Assembly: GCF_009914755.1 (NCBI RefSeq)
Contig: NC_060928.1
Origin: the human T2T-CHM13v2.0 reference genome, Homo sapiens
DNA: 64,000 nucleotides
Direction: 5' to 3' (one strand)
Within the stretch, counting starts at the first letter, position 1, and each line of letters begins with the position of its first letter. Below the pieces are notes generated by a model, which worked only from the letters and a program-made list of their open reading frames with translations, was not told the origin of the DNA and ran no database searches. Positions 28,557-44,574 of the stretch are shown in pieces. The position numbers were made by a program, and so were the translations under genes.

Positions 28557-29395
28557 CACATTTCTATTTCACTGCTGAACATAAATGACAAATTCCAGAC
28601 ATTGATCATGTTAGATTCTTCAGCATACTAAATTTGGGCTCCTATTTAAAACTACTTTCACTTTCTTTACTGGGCCATCTTAATATAATATACTAAAATC
28701 TCTCCTAATTGACAATCCAAGCTTCCTCCCCCACAGCTGCAGTCCCAGCTGCTGTCAAAGAGCATGGCTTTTCTGTGGGATAGTCACGTCGACCCCTGTA
28801 GGAACTCCATTTCAGACTCTCAGGGGGTATGACTGTTAGGTGTTTCTGTGTCTCCAAATGTTACTCATGGCAGAAAGCAGCTGCAATTGCCCTTTACAGA
28901 ACATGCCCCTCTCAAATAGCTGTCACGTGAAAATTTGAGTCATTTATGAAGCTGCAAACCAGTAAGAGAGGTAACAAGATTAAGTCAGGGTGGGCGGGAA
29001 AGTGCAGGCAGCACACACAGGCTGCTCGTCCAAGGAGTGTGACTGTGAGAACACTTGGGAACTCGGGCAGCAGCCAGAGGAAACAGCAGGGGCAAAGGAA
29101 AGGTGTATGTATATTCAAGAAAAATACAACCTCAGCGTTTTTAGGACAGAAGAATTGACGCCAGTGAAAGGAAAAAATTGTGTAGGGATGAAAATAAAAA
29201 GATATTTGATAGATGAAGTTCCCAGAGAAGGTGAGAGGGGGAGGAAATGGCAGTCTTGGAAAGGAAGAAGGTCTTCACTGATGATCAAAAGTGCCTGTGT
29301 CTTCAGGCATAGGATTTCCTATGAGTTCCATGTCCTCTGTCTGTATGTTAGGCTTAAGGACAAAGGCCTATTTGTGCCATACAAAGAAAAGTGCC

Positions 29396-32182
29396 TGTAT
29401 TAGGCCGTTCTCACATCACTATAAAAATACCTGAGACTGGGTAATTTATAAAGAAAAGAGGTTTAATTGCCTCCTGGTTCTGCAGGCTTTATGGGAGATG
29501 ACATGGTGCTGGCATCTGCTCAGCTTCTAGGGAGGCCTTGGGAAGCTTACAATCAGGGTGGAAGGTGGTGGGGGAGCAGGCATGTCACGTGGCAAAAGCA
29601 GGGGCAAGGGAGAGACGTGGGGGGAAGCTCTCTTCACTCATCTCCAATACTTTTAAACAATCAGATTTTGTGATAACTCACTATCATGAAAACAGCACCA
29701 AGCCATGAGGGATCTGCCTCCATGTACCAAACACCTCTCACCAGGTCTCACTTCCAACATTGGTGATATGGTTTGACTGTGTCCCCACCCAAATCTCATC
29801 TTGAACTGTAGCTCCCATAATCCCCACTTGTCGTGGGAAGGACCTGGTGGGAGGTAATTGAATCATGGGGTCAGGTTTTTCCCAGGCTATTCTCATGACA
29901 GTGAATAAGTCTCATGAGATCTGATGGTTTTATAAAGGGCAGCTCCCTTGCACATGCTCTCTTGCCTGCCACCATGTAAGATGTGCCTTTGTTCCTCCTT
30001 TGCCTTCTGCCATGATTGTGAGTCCTCCTCAGCCATGTGGAACTCTGAGTCCATTAAACCTCTTTTTCTTTATAAATTATCCAGTCTCAGGTTTTTCTTC
30101 ATAGCAGTATGAAAATGAACTAATACAATAAATTGGTACTGGTAGAGTGGGGTACTGCTATAAGAATACCTGAAAATGTGGAAGCGACTTTGGAGCTGAG
30201 TAACAGGCAGAGGTTGGAACAGTTTGGAGGGCTCAGAAGAAGACAGAAAAATGTGGGCAAGTTTGGAACTTCCTAGAGACTTGGAGGGCTCAGAAGACAA
30301 GAAGGTGTGGGAAAGTTTGGAACTTCCTAGAGATTTGTTGAATGGCTTCGACCAAAATGCTGATAGTGAAATGGACTATAAGGTCCTGGCTGAGGTGGTC
30401 TCAGATGGAGATGAGGATTGTTGGGAACTGGAGCAAAGTTGACTCTTGCTATGTTTTGGCAAAGAGACTGGCAGTATTTTGCCCCTGCCCTAGAGATCTG
30501 TGGAACTTTCAACTTGAGAGAGATGATTTAGGGTATCTGGTGGAAGAAATTTCTAAGCAACAAAGTGTTCCAGAGGTGACTTGGGTGTTACTAAATGCAT
30601 TCAGTTTTATGTATTCACAAAGATAAGGTGTGGAATTGGAACTTGTGTTTAAAAGGGAAGCAGAGGATAAAAGCTTGGAAAATTTGCAGCCTAATGATGC
30701 AATAGAAAAGAAAAACCCATTTTCTGAGGAGAAATTCAAGCCTGCTGCAGAAATTTACATAAGTATCAAGGACCCAAATGTTAATTACAGGACAATGGGG
30801 AAAATGTCTCCCAGGCATGTCTGAGGTCTTCACGGCAGCCCCTCCCAATACAAGCAGGGAGGCCTAGGAGGAAAAAATAGTTCTCTGTGCTGGGCTTAGG
30901 GCCTTGCTGTTTTGTGCAGTCTTGGGACTTGATGCCCTGTGTCCCAGCTGTGGATAAAAGGGGCCAACGTACAGTTCAAGTCATTGCTTCAGAGGGTGCA
31001 AGCCCCAAGCCTTGACAGCTTACACATGGTGTCAGGCCTGCAGGTGAGCACAGGTCAAGAATTGAGGTTTGAGAACCTCCACCTAGATCTCAGAGGATGT
31101 AGGGAACTCCTGGATGTTCTGGCAGAGGTGTGCTGCTGGGGCAGAGCCCTCATGGAGAACCTCTGCTAGGTCAGTGGGGAAGGGAAATGTGGGGTGGGAG
31201 CCCCCACACAGAGTCCTCACTGGAGCACTGTCTAGTGGAGCTGTGAGAAGAGGGCAACTAGCCTCCAGTCCCCAGAATGGTAGATCCACCAACAGCTTGC
31301 ACTGTGCACCTGGAAAAGCTGCAGACATTCAATGCCAGCAGCCAGGAGAGGGGCTATACTCTGCAAAGCCACAGTGGCAGAGCTGCCTGAGACCATGGGA
31401 ATCCACCTCTTGCATCAGCATGGCCTGGATGTGAGACATGAAGTCAAAGGAGATCATTTGGAGCTTTAAGATTTGACTGCCCCACTGGATTTCGGACTTA
31501 GCCCCTTTGTTTTTGCCAATTTCTCCTGTTTGGAACGAGTGTATTTACCCAATGCCTGTACCCCACTGTATCTAGGAAGTAACTAACTTGCTTTTGATTT
31601 TACAGGCTCTTAGGCAGAAGGGACTTGCCTTTTCTCAGATGAGACTTTGGACTGTGGACTTTTGAGTTAATGCTGAAATGAGTTAAGACTTTGGGGAACT
31701 GTTGAAAAGACATAATCGGTTTTAAAATTTGAGGACATGAGATTTTGGAGGGTCCCAGGGTGGAATGATATGGTTTGGGTCTGTCCCCACCAAAATCTCA
31801 TCTTGAACTGTAGCCCTCATAATCCCCACGTGTCGTGGGCAGGACCTGGTGGGAGGTAATCGAATCATGGGGGCAGGTTTTTCCCTTGCTATTCTCGTGA
31901 TAGTTCATAAGGCTTATGAGATCTGATGGTTTTATAAAGGGCAGTTCCCCTGCACATGCTCTCTTGCCTGCCACCATGTAAGATGTGCTTTTGCTCCTCC
32001 TTTGCCTTCGGCCATGATTGTGAGACTTCCCCAACCATGTGGAACCATGAGTCCGTTCAACCTCTTTTTCTTTATACCCAGTCTCAGATATTTCTTCATA
32101 GCAGTACGAAAATGGACTAATACAATTGGGAATTACAATTCAGCATGAGATTTGGGCACAGACAAATATCCAAACTATATCA
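29396..32182 (-). mobile_element. MST (MaLR) solo LTR split by a THE1 provirus
   Basis: TGTATTAGGCCGTTC... and ...CAAACTATATCA termini; TSD GTGCC at 29391-29395 and 32183-32187. Confidence 0.85.
29764..32124 (+). mobile_element. Complete THE1 (THE1D-like) element: 5'LTR 29764-30127, internal 30128-31765, 3'LTR 31766-32124
   Basis: two similar LTRs, THE1-int sequence, TSD ATTGG on both sides. Confidence 0.92.
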
Positions 32183-32414
32183 GTGCCTTTTTAAATAGTG
32201 CCTTATAGGAGCATCCTGGAAAGATAACCATCCAATGCACCAGTATGAACACTTTACCTTGGCCACCATCTAGCCAGGGGAACTAGGGGAAGACTCACCT
32301 AGGGCTGGAGTCAGAAGGCATCTCAGTCATGCTCAAGGCTATTTTTGTGTACCAGTGGAAACATAACTGTGCAGATTTTTTCTATAAGGAATATTCATTG
32401 CTCTGGCAGTCAAA

Positions 32415-32415
32415 T

Positions 32416-32452
<37 letters not shown>

Positions 32453-32474
32453 GTATATGTATATATATATATAA
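32415..32474. repeat. (CA)n/(TA)n microsatellite
   Basis: direct reading. Confidence 0.9.
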
Positions 32475-32825
32475 TTTTTTATGATAATGGTGTTTAAACT
32501 TCCTCAGTTTAACAGTTGACTATACACTATATACCCAAGTTAAATCAAAATCTTTTCTTTATATATGTATGCTTTCTTAGAGAACCAATCAGAGAAAATA
32601 CATTTCCAAGAAGCTGAAGGTGTATACTGTCTGCATATATCCCTTAATCTTTTATTTGACAGATATGTCCTAATCTCAAAGCTGTTCCACATTAAAGAGT
32701 CTTTCTAGGTGTTCCAAATCTATCAGTTAGGGTTGCTGCAGGAGATGAAGCCCCAGGGCAGTCTAACATGCCTATCTTCCACTCCTGTGTATGTCTACGG
32801 AAAATCTATAAAATAGTAGATTGTC

Positions 32826-33038
32826 CCAGCCTGGGCAACATGGTGAAACCCATCTCTACCAAAAAAATATAAAAATTAGCCTGGCATGTTCATGCATGCC
32901 TGTAGTCTCAGCTACTCAGGCGGCTGAGGTTGGAGGATTGCTTGAACCCTAGAGGCAGAGGTTGCAGTGAGCCAAGATCGTGCCACTTGCACTCCAGCTA
33001 GGTGACAGAGAGAGACCCTGTTTCAAAAAAAAAAAAAA
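32826..33038 (+). mobile_element. 5'-truncated Alu
   Basis: TSD AAAATAGTAGATTGT / AAAATAGTAGACTGT. Confidence 0.88.
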
Positions 33039-33656
33039 TAGTAGACTGTTTTCTAACTCCTTCCTTCCCCTCCCACACACCTCCACCAAGTGCTAGATTC
33101 CAAATATACTTGGGCTCAATATTCATTAGGCAGAAGGGATTCTGAGTTCACCACTTTCTCCACATTGTCCCCCTATTTCTCAGATCCAGTATCATTTTAA
33201 ATATCCAACAATTATATTATGAATTGCAAAACTCCTTGGACTTGGTTAGGTGGTATAACCACTCATTTTTTTAATCAGCCCAGAATTTCAGGTCTTTTTC
33301 AATCAAAATATAGAAGGATCATGGGAGCTTAATACTCTACTGAACCATGAATTGGTTGAGGCAAAATAATGGCATTACCTCTGACCACGCGTGAGATCAC
33401 TCGTCATTTCACCAGGTTGTTGCAGAATACTCCAAAGACTATTCTCTGGTTATGCTCATGAACTCTCATCCAGAAATTATGCTGCATGGTGTACAATCCT
33501 ACAAGATTTTGCCTCTGTCGATCACACAGTATGCAACAAGTTGAAGGTGGTTGTCCTGATTTCAGGTCTCTCCTTGGAGAGATCTTATTTGACCCTACAA
33601 TCTAAACTAGCCACTGAGTCACCCTATCATACCACTCTGTTTAAATTCTCTGCATA

Positions 33657-34053
<397 letters not shown>

Positions 34054-36269
34054 TTATTTATTGTGATATTCCTAGTGCCTAGAATAATTCTGGATGCCAC
34101 GTAGTAAGCCCCCAATATGTATATGTTAAGTGAACTAAATCAAGGTGTTACAACAGGAAATGGCAAAGGTTGCCTAGAACTTCCATGAGGCTACATTTAA
34201 TGGTCAGAGAAAGCCTCCCTGAGGAGGTGATGTTTGGGGGAAACCTACGTAATGACATTTAGGTAAGAGTATAAGGGTTTGATTATTATGCTGACCTGCA
34301 TATTTTAGTTTTCATATGAAATTGTTTTTTAAACAAAGGCCATTATAACTATTCTAAGAATGACCAGAAAAACTGTGAGATTGGCCAAGATTCCAACAGA
34401 ACAGGTATAGGACCTAGACCTTCAGTGTGGGTTTAAAAGTGATAATAAGAAAAATCATCTTAAATGCCTCTCTAAACATTTTTCCTTTCAGTAATCCAGA
34501 GATTTTTTAATCCCTAAAACCCTATCCACCATTAAGATATGAGAGGAGAGGACAGAGGAAACACCCAGAACAACAAAGTCATCAGTGGAGGATTTCAAAA
34601 CCAATGATGAAAGAAGTATCTACCAGATTGAGGAGAGGGCACACACCCCTCCTGAGCAGCAGGAGAGCTTAGCAGGGAGCAAAGTGCACGCCCTGCCTGG
34701 ATTCTTTAGGATCTCAGTGGTCCCACTCTGGACCCCTAAGATTTAGCCAGTGGAGGGGTTGAATGTGGAGCCAGAAATGAGGCAGAGAAGATAGATAAGC
34801 TAGAAACTTCAAACTGGCGAGTTGTGCCCTGGGTGGAAAAAGGCCCTCAGGCACTGCAATTCCTGTCTGGGACAGAGGGCAGACCACCACACCACACATA
34901 GTGCCTGCTGGCCTAAACCAGCATGTGTGTTTGCAGTGGAGGAGAAAGAAGCATGAGTTGTTAGAGGGGACTGTATTAGCCATCCTCAAGTTTACTACAC
35001 TTTCCCTTGCAGTATAGAAAAGAGCCAGAAGCTCCTACTTGTTCCTAGAAAAAGTCATAGAAGCTAGCCAAGAGTCAGGAATCTATGAACTTGCCTTTGG
35101 GTCACTACAGAGAGAGGTGAGATGACACTGAAGGCCTTGGGTTACACAGGCAGGCCAGAAAGCTAATGGAGGACAAAACTGACATTTTATCAGCAGACAC
35201 AGTGAGGATAGAAGTCAAGTGAGGTGAGTACATATCTCAGCTGGTGATCAACAGGGAAACGAGAGAACCACATCACTTGGGTAAGGAGCCCTTCCCCAAA
35301 GCCGGAAGGTAAATAAGCTTCCTTCTGCACCCAGACACCATCTTGGGCATAAGAAAAAGGAAGGAAGACCCTTCAGAAAATAAAACAGCTCCAAAAGGGA
35401 GTTTGGATTTTAAATTGCTTAAATATGATTATATATGCAACCACAAAAATAAAGCAGTTAAATTGGAATAGGTTCATTTACCTTCAAATCACACACTTTA
35501 AAAAAAATAGTTTTCTAAAATCATTGGGAATTTAAGTAGCTCCAGTGTTAGCTGAGATCAGTTATAGAAATGCAGACGCTAGGCTTGTTGCAGACTCACT
35601 CCAGGTTAATTCAATTTGGGCCTTACTCTGTATAAAGCGCAAGTGTCCACTTCAGTTTGAGATGCTCAAGCTTGCTCAGTTCAACTCACCACCCTCCTGA
35701 CTAGGTGTCCAAGGAGTCCTTTGGTCTTATGGTTGTCCTGGAGACAGAAGTAGGTTACAAATCAGAGAGTAGCTTCCTCTGATTGCTGCGGAGTAAAGGA
35801 AAGAGGACTCAGCTGGGCACCCACAGTGGCTGTCGTTCACCTGCAGTACGCTTAAGGCCAGCACCGAAGCTCCCAATACAGACCAGGACCATCAGGGTGG
35901 GGCATGGAACTTCTCTGGCAGTGACCTCCCTGCTAGCCCTTGTGTTCACTTCCACACATACACTTCTCCCCCCTTCCTCAGCCAATTTAACCTACGTCCC
36001 CTTTCTCCTGTTGCCACTGAAGAAAAATTCTATTTTCTCTTTTTCTGACACAGTAGCTATTAATGGCTAACAGGAATGATAATCCATTAAACCTGGACCC
36101 CAGAGCATTGATTCCTTTCCTCAAGGTCAGGAAGAGCTTTCTCCAGAAACAGTATTTCCAGATCTCCCATTTCTGAAAGAGAAGGGAGAGGTTTGCTTTC
36201 CATGCTAAAGAAGGTTGCCCAAACATTCACTACTACCGTCCTCCTATGCCCAACAGGACAAATGACTTC

Positions 36270-36411
36270 CAGAGAGAGAGAAAGAAGAAAGAAAAAGAAA
36301 GAAAGCTTGAAGGAAGGAGGAAGGAAGGAAGGAAGGAAGGAAGGAAGGAAGGAAGGAAGGAAGGAAGGGAAAGGAAGGAAGAAAAGAAAGAAGGGAAGAC
36401 AAAGAGAGAAA

Positions 36412-36468
<57 letters not shown>

Positions 36469-36546
36469 GAAAGAAAGAAAGAGAAAAAAGAAAGAAAAGC
36501 AGGAGGAGGAGGAGGGAAGGAAGGAAGAAAGGAAGGAAGGAAGGAG
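36270..36546. repeat. Compound polypurine microsatellite (GAAG)n/(GAAA)n/(GGA)n
   Basis: ~275 bp almost free of pyrimidines on the + strand. Confidence 0.95.
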
Positions 36547-36872
36547 ACAAACCCAAGATGAGTTTGGGGGCCAAAATAGATTATCTACAGTAAAACAAGG
36601 TAGTTAACCAAAAAAGAGAAAATAAGGGATTCAGACAAACAGGGGCCCCAACCCAGGAAAGAGACAAAGAGACTTCCCAGAATAAGAATGAAGAGAAGGC
36701 CCGGCATGACAGCTGACAGCCACAGGCCTAGAGAACCCAGTCTAGACTGCAGCAGGAGGGCAGAAAGCTCTGGAAGAGAGGTTTGGTCTCCAGGAGGAAA
36801 TAGAATTAGTAGATTACATAATATTGTCCAAATTATGACATTGCTGTATTTGCGGTAATCAGAGAAGGGAAA

Positions 36873-37000
36873 GTGTGTGTGCCTGTGTATGTGTGTATCT
36901 GTGTGTGTGTCTACGTGAGAGTGTGTGTGTGTGTGTGTGTATGTGTGTGTGTAAGGGGGCAAGAAAGAGACATACAGAGAGAGAGATTAGAGAGAAGGAG
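36873..37000. repeat. (TG)n followed by (GA)n microsatellite
   Basis: direct reading. Confidence 0.9.
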
Positions 37001-37208
37001 AAAGATTGAGGTAAGACGCCATCTACTCTGAAAAGAAGCCAGTGTCTGAAATTGATAAATCCAGGGAAATGGCAGCATAGCCATGTTGTTCAAAAACATG
37101 GCGTTAAACACCAACATAAGCAGTTGGACAGCTGAAAGTGGTTGCCTCAGGGGAACAGGCATCAGGAGAAGTGAAGGATGAGTGAGGGCTTCTGTTTTTC
37201 ATTTAAGC

Positions 37209-37732
37209 TGTGGAAGATTAAAGATGGCCACAAATGACACCCTTCACATGGAGGGATGGAGCTCATCTTCCCTCCCTAAGAATTTGGGCTGGCCTCTACT
37301 ACTTACAAATAATGTACTAGTGGACAGGACAGTTTCCCATGATCAGTCTTGCTTTTTAAGAGGATTAGAAGCTTCTACCGTGGTCTCTTGAATCCATGAA
37401 TCATAATTCCAGAAGACCAAACACATTGCTCGAGAAAACACATGGAGAGGCCCTGAGACTGCAGAAAAAGAGAGAAAGAACTAGCTCAGCCCAAACTTCT
37501 GGCCACCTCACCAAGACAGCAGGCATGTGAACAAAGCTACCTTGGACCCACCAGACCAGGCCAGCCACCAGCTGAAACGTACCGTGTCAATGCCATGTGG
37601 AACAGAGAAGTCACTCAGCCAAGCCCTGCCTGAATTCCTGATCTGTAAAATCATGAGGTATAATAAAATTGTTGTTGGTTTCACCCAGTGCATATCAGGG
37701 TGGTTTGCCATGCAGCAATAGACAATTGGGAC
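37209..37732 (+). mobile_element. MLT1 (G/H-like) MaLR LTR
   Basis: TGTGGAAGATTAAAGATGGCCACAAA start and GCAGCAATAGACAATTGGGACA end. Confidence 0.7.
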
Positions 37733-37815
37733 ATTAGTATGTTCATACTTAGTAGTAATAAGTCTTCATCACTAATTTTTAAACTATGTACATGTATAAA
37801 TGTTTTCTGAGATAG

Positions 37816-37986
<171 letters not shown>

Positions 37987-38393
37987 TAAAAATAGCTTCA
38001 TCTTATTAAGGTTGATGAAGTATATTAATGTCAATTTCACGGTTGTGATACTGTACAATAGTGTAGAAGACTGGGGAAACTGTGTGCAGGGCATATGGAA
38101 TCTCTGTATTATTTCTTACAACTGCATGAAAATCTACAATTATCTCAAAACTAAAAGTTACAAAAAATTTGAATAGTTTAATGTTTGTATCTTGTCACAT
38201 TAGCATATATTTAACAAAAATGGTATTATTCTTTATGTATTATTCTATATTTTCCACTTAATATATGGAATGTTGTCAGCACTTATACATCTAAATGTTG
38301 TATAAGCCTGTTGCCCTCATTTAAGTATACATCTTATACATCCTATACACGTACTTATACATCTAAGTGCTGACCACACTTAGATTGACTTCA

Positions 38394-38703
<310 letters not shown>

Positions 38704-39580
38704 TCAGCGGCTGCCTCAGTGACTTTAATGGCTGCCTAATATTCCACTGTATGGATTTACTATAATTTATTTGACTAGTGCCTTACTAATGGATATTTAG
38801 ATTATTTCCTCTTCCAGATACTATGTGCTCTATTGAGATCAAAGAGTTCTGAGTTCTCTTTGAGTCATAAAAACAGAGGCCAGGCTATGTAGCAACATCC
38901 TGTACTCTAAACCAAAAAAAACATTTCCACCATCCTTATGATAGTCCCTTTCTTGTGTTTACATCTTCCATAAGCCGTTACAGATCATCTTAGTTCTTTT
39001 AAATCCAGGTAAGTCTTCATATTTATCTACAGTTATCTGGGTAGCGGACTATACTTCAAACTGCAGGATGTCAGGGAAAAAATAATAAATTAAAACTCAG
39101 AGCTCCGGCCCTGAGTCATCCTGTCTGACGGAGTTTCATAAAAAGTTAAATCAGTAAAGAATACAAATATATAAAAGAAAGAACTGATCTTCAAAACAGA
39201 TCTAAAATCTCAATGCATTTAATATCCATCCTCGCAAAGTAATCATTTAATCTGATAAGCAAGTTTTACATTAATGATATCAAGATCAAATTCATGGGTG
39301 TTCTAGATAGATACATCCATGAATTTCTGTCCAAGAATAAGTCATTCTGCCTTCTAAAGACTGTAGGCTTTTTAAGAAAATGGATTTGAAGTGTGTTATT
39401 CATTAATTCACTCATTCATTCAACAAATATTTAAATGTCAGGGCCAATGATTAAAAACAGACTGAGGCAGCTGTCACCACAGAGGAGTTCAGACTCTAGT
39501 GGAGGGACCAAGACCTAAGTAAGTAAGTTACTAAGACAAGTATAAACAATGTGGCAGAGAATAATAAAAATAAGCACATA

Positions 39581-39959
<379 letters not shown>

Positions 39960-40957
39960 TCATTCCTGTGAAGAGAGAGGTCAATCAGGTGGGGTGCAGA
40001 ATGGGCCAACTTCCAGAAACAAGCAGAGGGTTAAGCATAGCTTGCCGGTGGGTCAGGGATAGCTCTACAAGCAGTTACACTCTGCCCAAGCATAAAATGG
40101 AAGCATGGAGTAGCATGAGAGAGGCTAGGGCCAAATTATACAGGGCTGTGTGCTTTTCTAAAGAGTTTGAAGTTTATCCATAAAGCAAACAGAATCCAAT
40201 GAAGAAGACCTTTGCTTAGGGTGAACATACGTCCCAGCATGGCCAAGGTTGTTCCAGTTCATGCCTGTTGCCTTCATGTAAGTATTAATAGTGTTCACTT
40301 TCACATTCAGAGGTTTCCTGTTCATCCTAGTTATGTTAGGTCTACTTCCAGTGGAACTTAGGTCATTGAAAATCTGCTTAAGAAGGCAGTAGCTGAAAAT
40401 GGAAAGAAAGAAAAACACTCTTTGTCACCTTCAAAGAGTTTGATCAATACTAAATTAAATAGTGGAAAATCAAGTGCAAAATTTTTATCAAATACAACCA
40501 GTAGCATTTTTATAGAGTTTTTTTGTAATGGGAAATTCAAAAATATAGATTCTAAAAACTATTTTTTATGTTTCTTTTGTAAGAGATTTTTTGAAATGGT
40601 ACATGTTGTCTATAAAAGGAATGCATAAACATGGTAAAAATATGTATATATATTTTATAAAAGGAAAAATTAAAGTCTGTCTTCCCTCCCCAACTCTGGC
40701 CCACCATATGAATTAATCATTTTACTAAACTGAACTGGAGGAAGAGACAAAACCTTGAAATGATGATCAGTTAGGTTTGGGGTTAGACTAAACTGGACAT
40801 TTTAGCATCCAGGAACATGATTTTCTAACACCTGAAAGTGGCAGGAAAGGGTTGGGATCTGCCAGGGTTACTCTTAAAGAGTACAGAGGATGAACCTAAT
40901 TAGGTAACATCAGAGAACAGCTCTTTTTATTCCTTTCCTACTGCCTTCAAACATTCC

Positions 40958-41502
<545 letters not shown>

Positions 41503-42553
41503 TAACCCAAGCAGATGCTGCCACTTTCAGATATTAGAAAAGTCATGTTCTTAGATGTTAAAATGTCCAGTTCAGTCTAACCAAAATCCTACCATCATTT
41601 CAAGGCTCTTTTCCTTCCTCCAGTTCAGGCCTGACCCACACTCAGGACAGCAGTGGAGAAAGATGGAATGATCTTGCTCTTTCCAATTTTCTTCCCTTCT
41701 TACTGCAGGATCATCTGATGCAGAGGAAGGGAAAGGAGGTATCAGAGGAGAAAGGAGCAAAGGAATTTTCACTTAGGTCATGTTGGTGGTTCTCCTTTGG
41801 CCAACAATAGTTGCCTGGGCCCTTTAATGTGGCAGGTGTTCATTGACAGCGTTGATGAACAAAAGCCACACACAAAGCTGCAGAGATCTCCAAATTGCAC
41901 CCTTTCCTGACATGAGCAATGCACTTAAATCACCTTCCAGGTGTTATCTCATCACCACCCCCACCCAACTCTATCCTCTGGCAGTACACCCCATGGCCTC
42001 TTCCTGCCAAGGCCTCCTCACTCAGGAAGACAAAGATCTTTCAAGCAGACTTGAGGCTTGCCACCTGCCTGGCATCCATTTAGCCCTTGATGCCCTGTCC
42101 TCTAAATGCGGCTTTCCCTCATAGCTGCCCTCAGCTGCCAGAGGAAACTTCAGTCAGCCTCTCCTTGTCTTTAAAATTATCGAGGTGACCAGTAAGCACT
42201 GGTCTCTGGAGTCACGCATGCTCCCAAACTCCAGGAAAGCACTCCCACCACGTTATTTAAACTATTTAAAGAAGAAAACCCTCCCAATAATTCTCTCACC
42301 AAACTACTCCAGTTCCATGGAGCTGTGACTCCACAACTCAGAGAGCATCCGTCAAGGATGGCTCTAGGCTTGATGATGGCAGGGGAAGTCCCTTGGAGAT
42401 TCCGTCATCACAGTCATGTGTCCTTCCACAAATAGCCTTCTGTGAAGTAAGCTGTTGCGGGCAATGGTAGCTGTGCCAGTCTGGCTGCCCAGTAGCCAAT
42501 CCTTAGCAAATAGTGAATCTCTAACACTTCTCTTTAGAATGTGGGGATACTTG

Positions 42554-42962
<409 letters not shown>

Positions 42963-43343
42963 TTACCCACTTTGGAAGTAGCCACAAAGTCTATAACACT
43001 CAGAGTAAAATCGAAGCCACTGGACAAAATGCCAGTCATAAAGACCCAGAAGTGTGTCTGCAGTATCAATGCTTCTACTCCCAGAAAGTAGATAAGATTG
43101 GGATGGAGAGGATGTAAAAGAAAGCAGAAGGGCCTATCAGAAATGTGAGGAAGAACTGGACAAAACCCAAGGAAAGGGTAGAGGAAGACCTTTCCATCCC
43201 AATAAAAAGAATGGAGTGGAACCTGACTCGACCCAAGCTGTCACTCACGTTAACATCCAAGGAGCATTTACCACCCATCATCAATGAGTATTTAGTTTGA
43301 GAAAATGCTCACCAATCTCTGGAAACTTGACATGTTGTGAGAT

Positions 43344-43724
43344 TGTTCTGGTGGAGGATGTCCAGGTTCTTGGCATCTTGAACAAAACGCACAAATGAAG
43401 CATGGAAAGAATGAAGCAACAAAAGCAAAGATTTACTGAAAACAAAAGTACACTCCACAGGATGGGAGCGGGCCTGAGCAAGTAGCTCAAGAGCCCAGTT
43501 ACAGAATTTTCCGGGGTTTATATACACTCTAGAGGTTTCCAGTGGTTACTTGGTGTGTGCCCTATGTAAATGAAGAAGCTAAAGTGAAGTTACAAAGTTA
43601 TTTATTTGGTGTATGCCCTATATAAATGAAGAGGATATTTCCTGTCATAGCTAAAGTGTTTCGTTTGATTTAGTTCTAGGAAGTCCTTAGGTTCCCTGCC
43701 TCCAGGCCCTATTCTCTTGCCTCA
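43344..43724 (-). mobile_element. MER51 (ERV1) solo LTR
   Basis: - strand begins TGAGGCAAGAGAATAGGGCCTGGAGGCAGGGAACCTAAGG; 4-bp TSD AGAT/GGAT. Confidence 0.82.
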
Positions 43725-44159
43725 GGATGACAGTATCACAATGGGAAAGCCTCATCTTCTGACCAAGACAGGACCAGGCAGAACTATCTAGAAACTGCAG
43801 TACAAACCAGAAGGGCAGTGTGGGCCTTGCTTCATTTTGTATTTGGACTATGCATGACATAAAGTTTTTTTTACCTTCTAATTGTCTTCCTTTTATTATT
43901 TTGATGACTATAGAGAAATACACTTTCAGGATATTAAGATGCTCTGTGTTTTTAATTACACAAGTTGGGGATGGACACCATTTTTTAAAAGATGTTCTTT
44001 ACAGAGCCTGTGCTTCCTGTTCTATTATGTGCTATTATTGCATTCTGTTCTTTCAAGGAAAGCAGTTGCAGGATGACTCCTGGCCTCAAGTGATCTTCCC
44101 ACTTCTGCCTCCTAAAGTGCTGGGATTACAGGCATGAATCCCAAATGTAGCTGCAGGAT

Positions 44160-44560
44160 GGCTGCAACTGATTTCCACTGAACTCCTGGTTTCTGTTTCT
44201 GAATGCTGTATCTTTTTAAGTTCTTTATTTTTTTTTTCTAGTAAACATCCCTGGGTAATTTTTTTAATGGAAAAAAATGACTTTATTTTGAAAATATTGG
44301 AAAATGTCTTTATTTTTTCCCTGTACTGGATTGATAGTTTTGCTGGGTAACAAATTCTAGGTACAGAGTCATTTTCTATCAAAAGTTTGAAAGTATTGCT
44401 TGTGTCCTCAGTATCCATATTTGTTGATGAGACATTTAACAATCACATTTTTATTTAAAATGGTATGTTCTTTTATTCTCTCTTCACACATCTGTGATTT
44501 TTCTCTTTGTCCTTGGAATTTTGTGACTTATTTGTGCCCCCTGACAAGCTCCCTAAAGTG
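44160..44560 (-). mobile_element. Ancient L1 ORF1 fragment
   Basis: ORF 44086-44442 contains PRICYPAKLSI..KIKTFS, similar to the L1 ORF1p C-terminus (PRISYPAKLSF). Confidence 0.7.
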
Positions 44561-44574
44561 CTTTTATTTAGTAA

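Noticed and set aside
30224-30340. ~55-bp duplication and ORFs in the THE1 interior
   Set aside because: Probably inherited from the THE1-int lineage rather than locus-specific; the ORFs are short decayed MaLR frames.
36193-36593. Lys/Glu/Arg-rich and Phe/Leu/Ser-rich ORFs over 110 aa
   Set aside because: Stop-free reading of the GA microsatellite.
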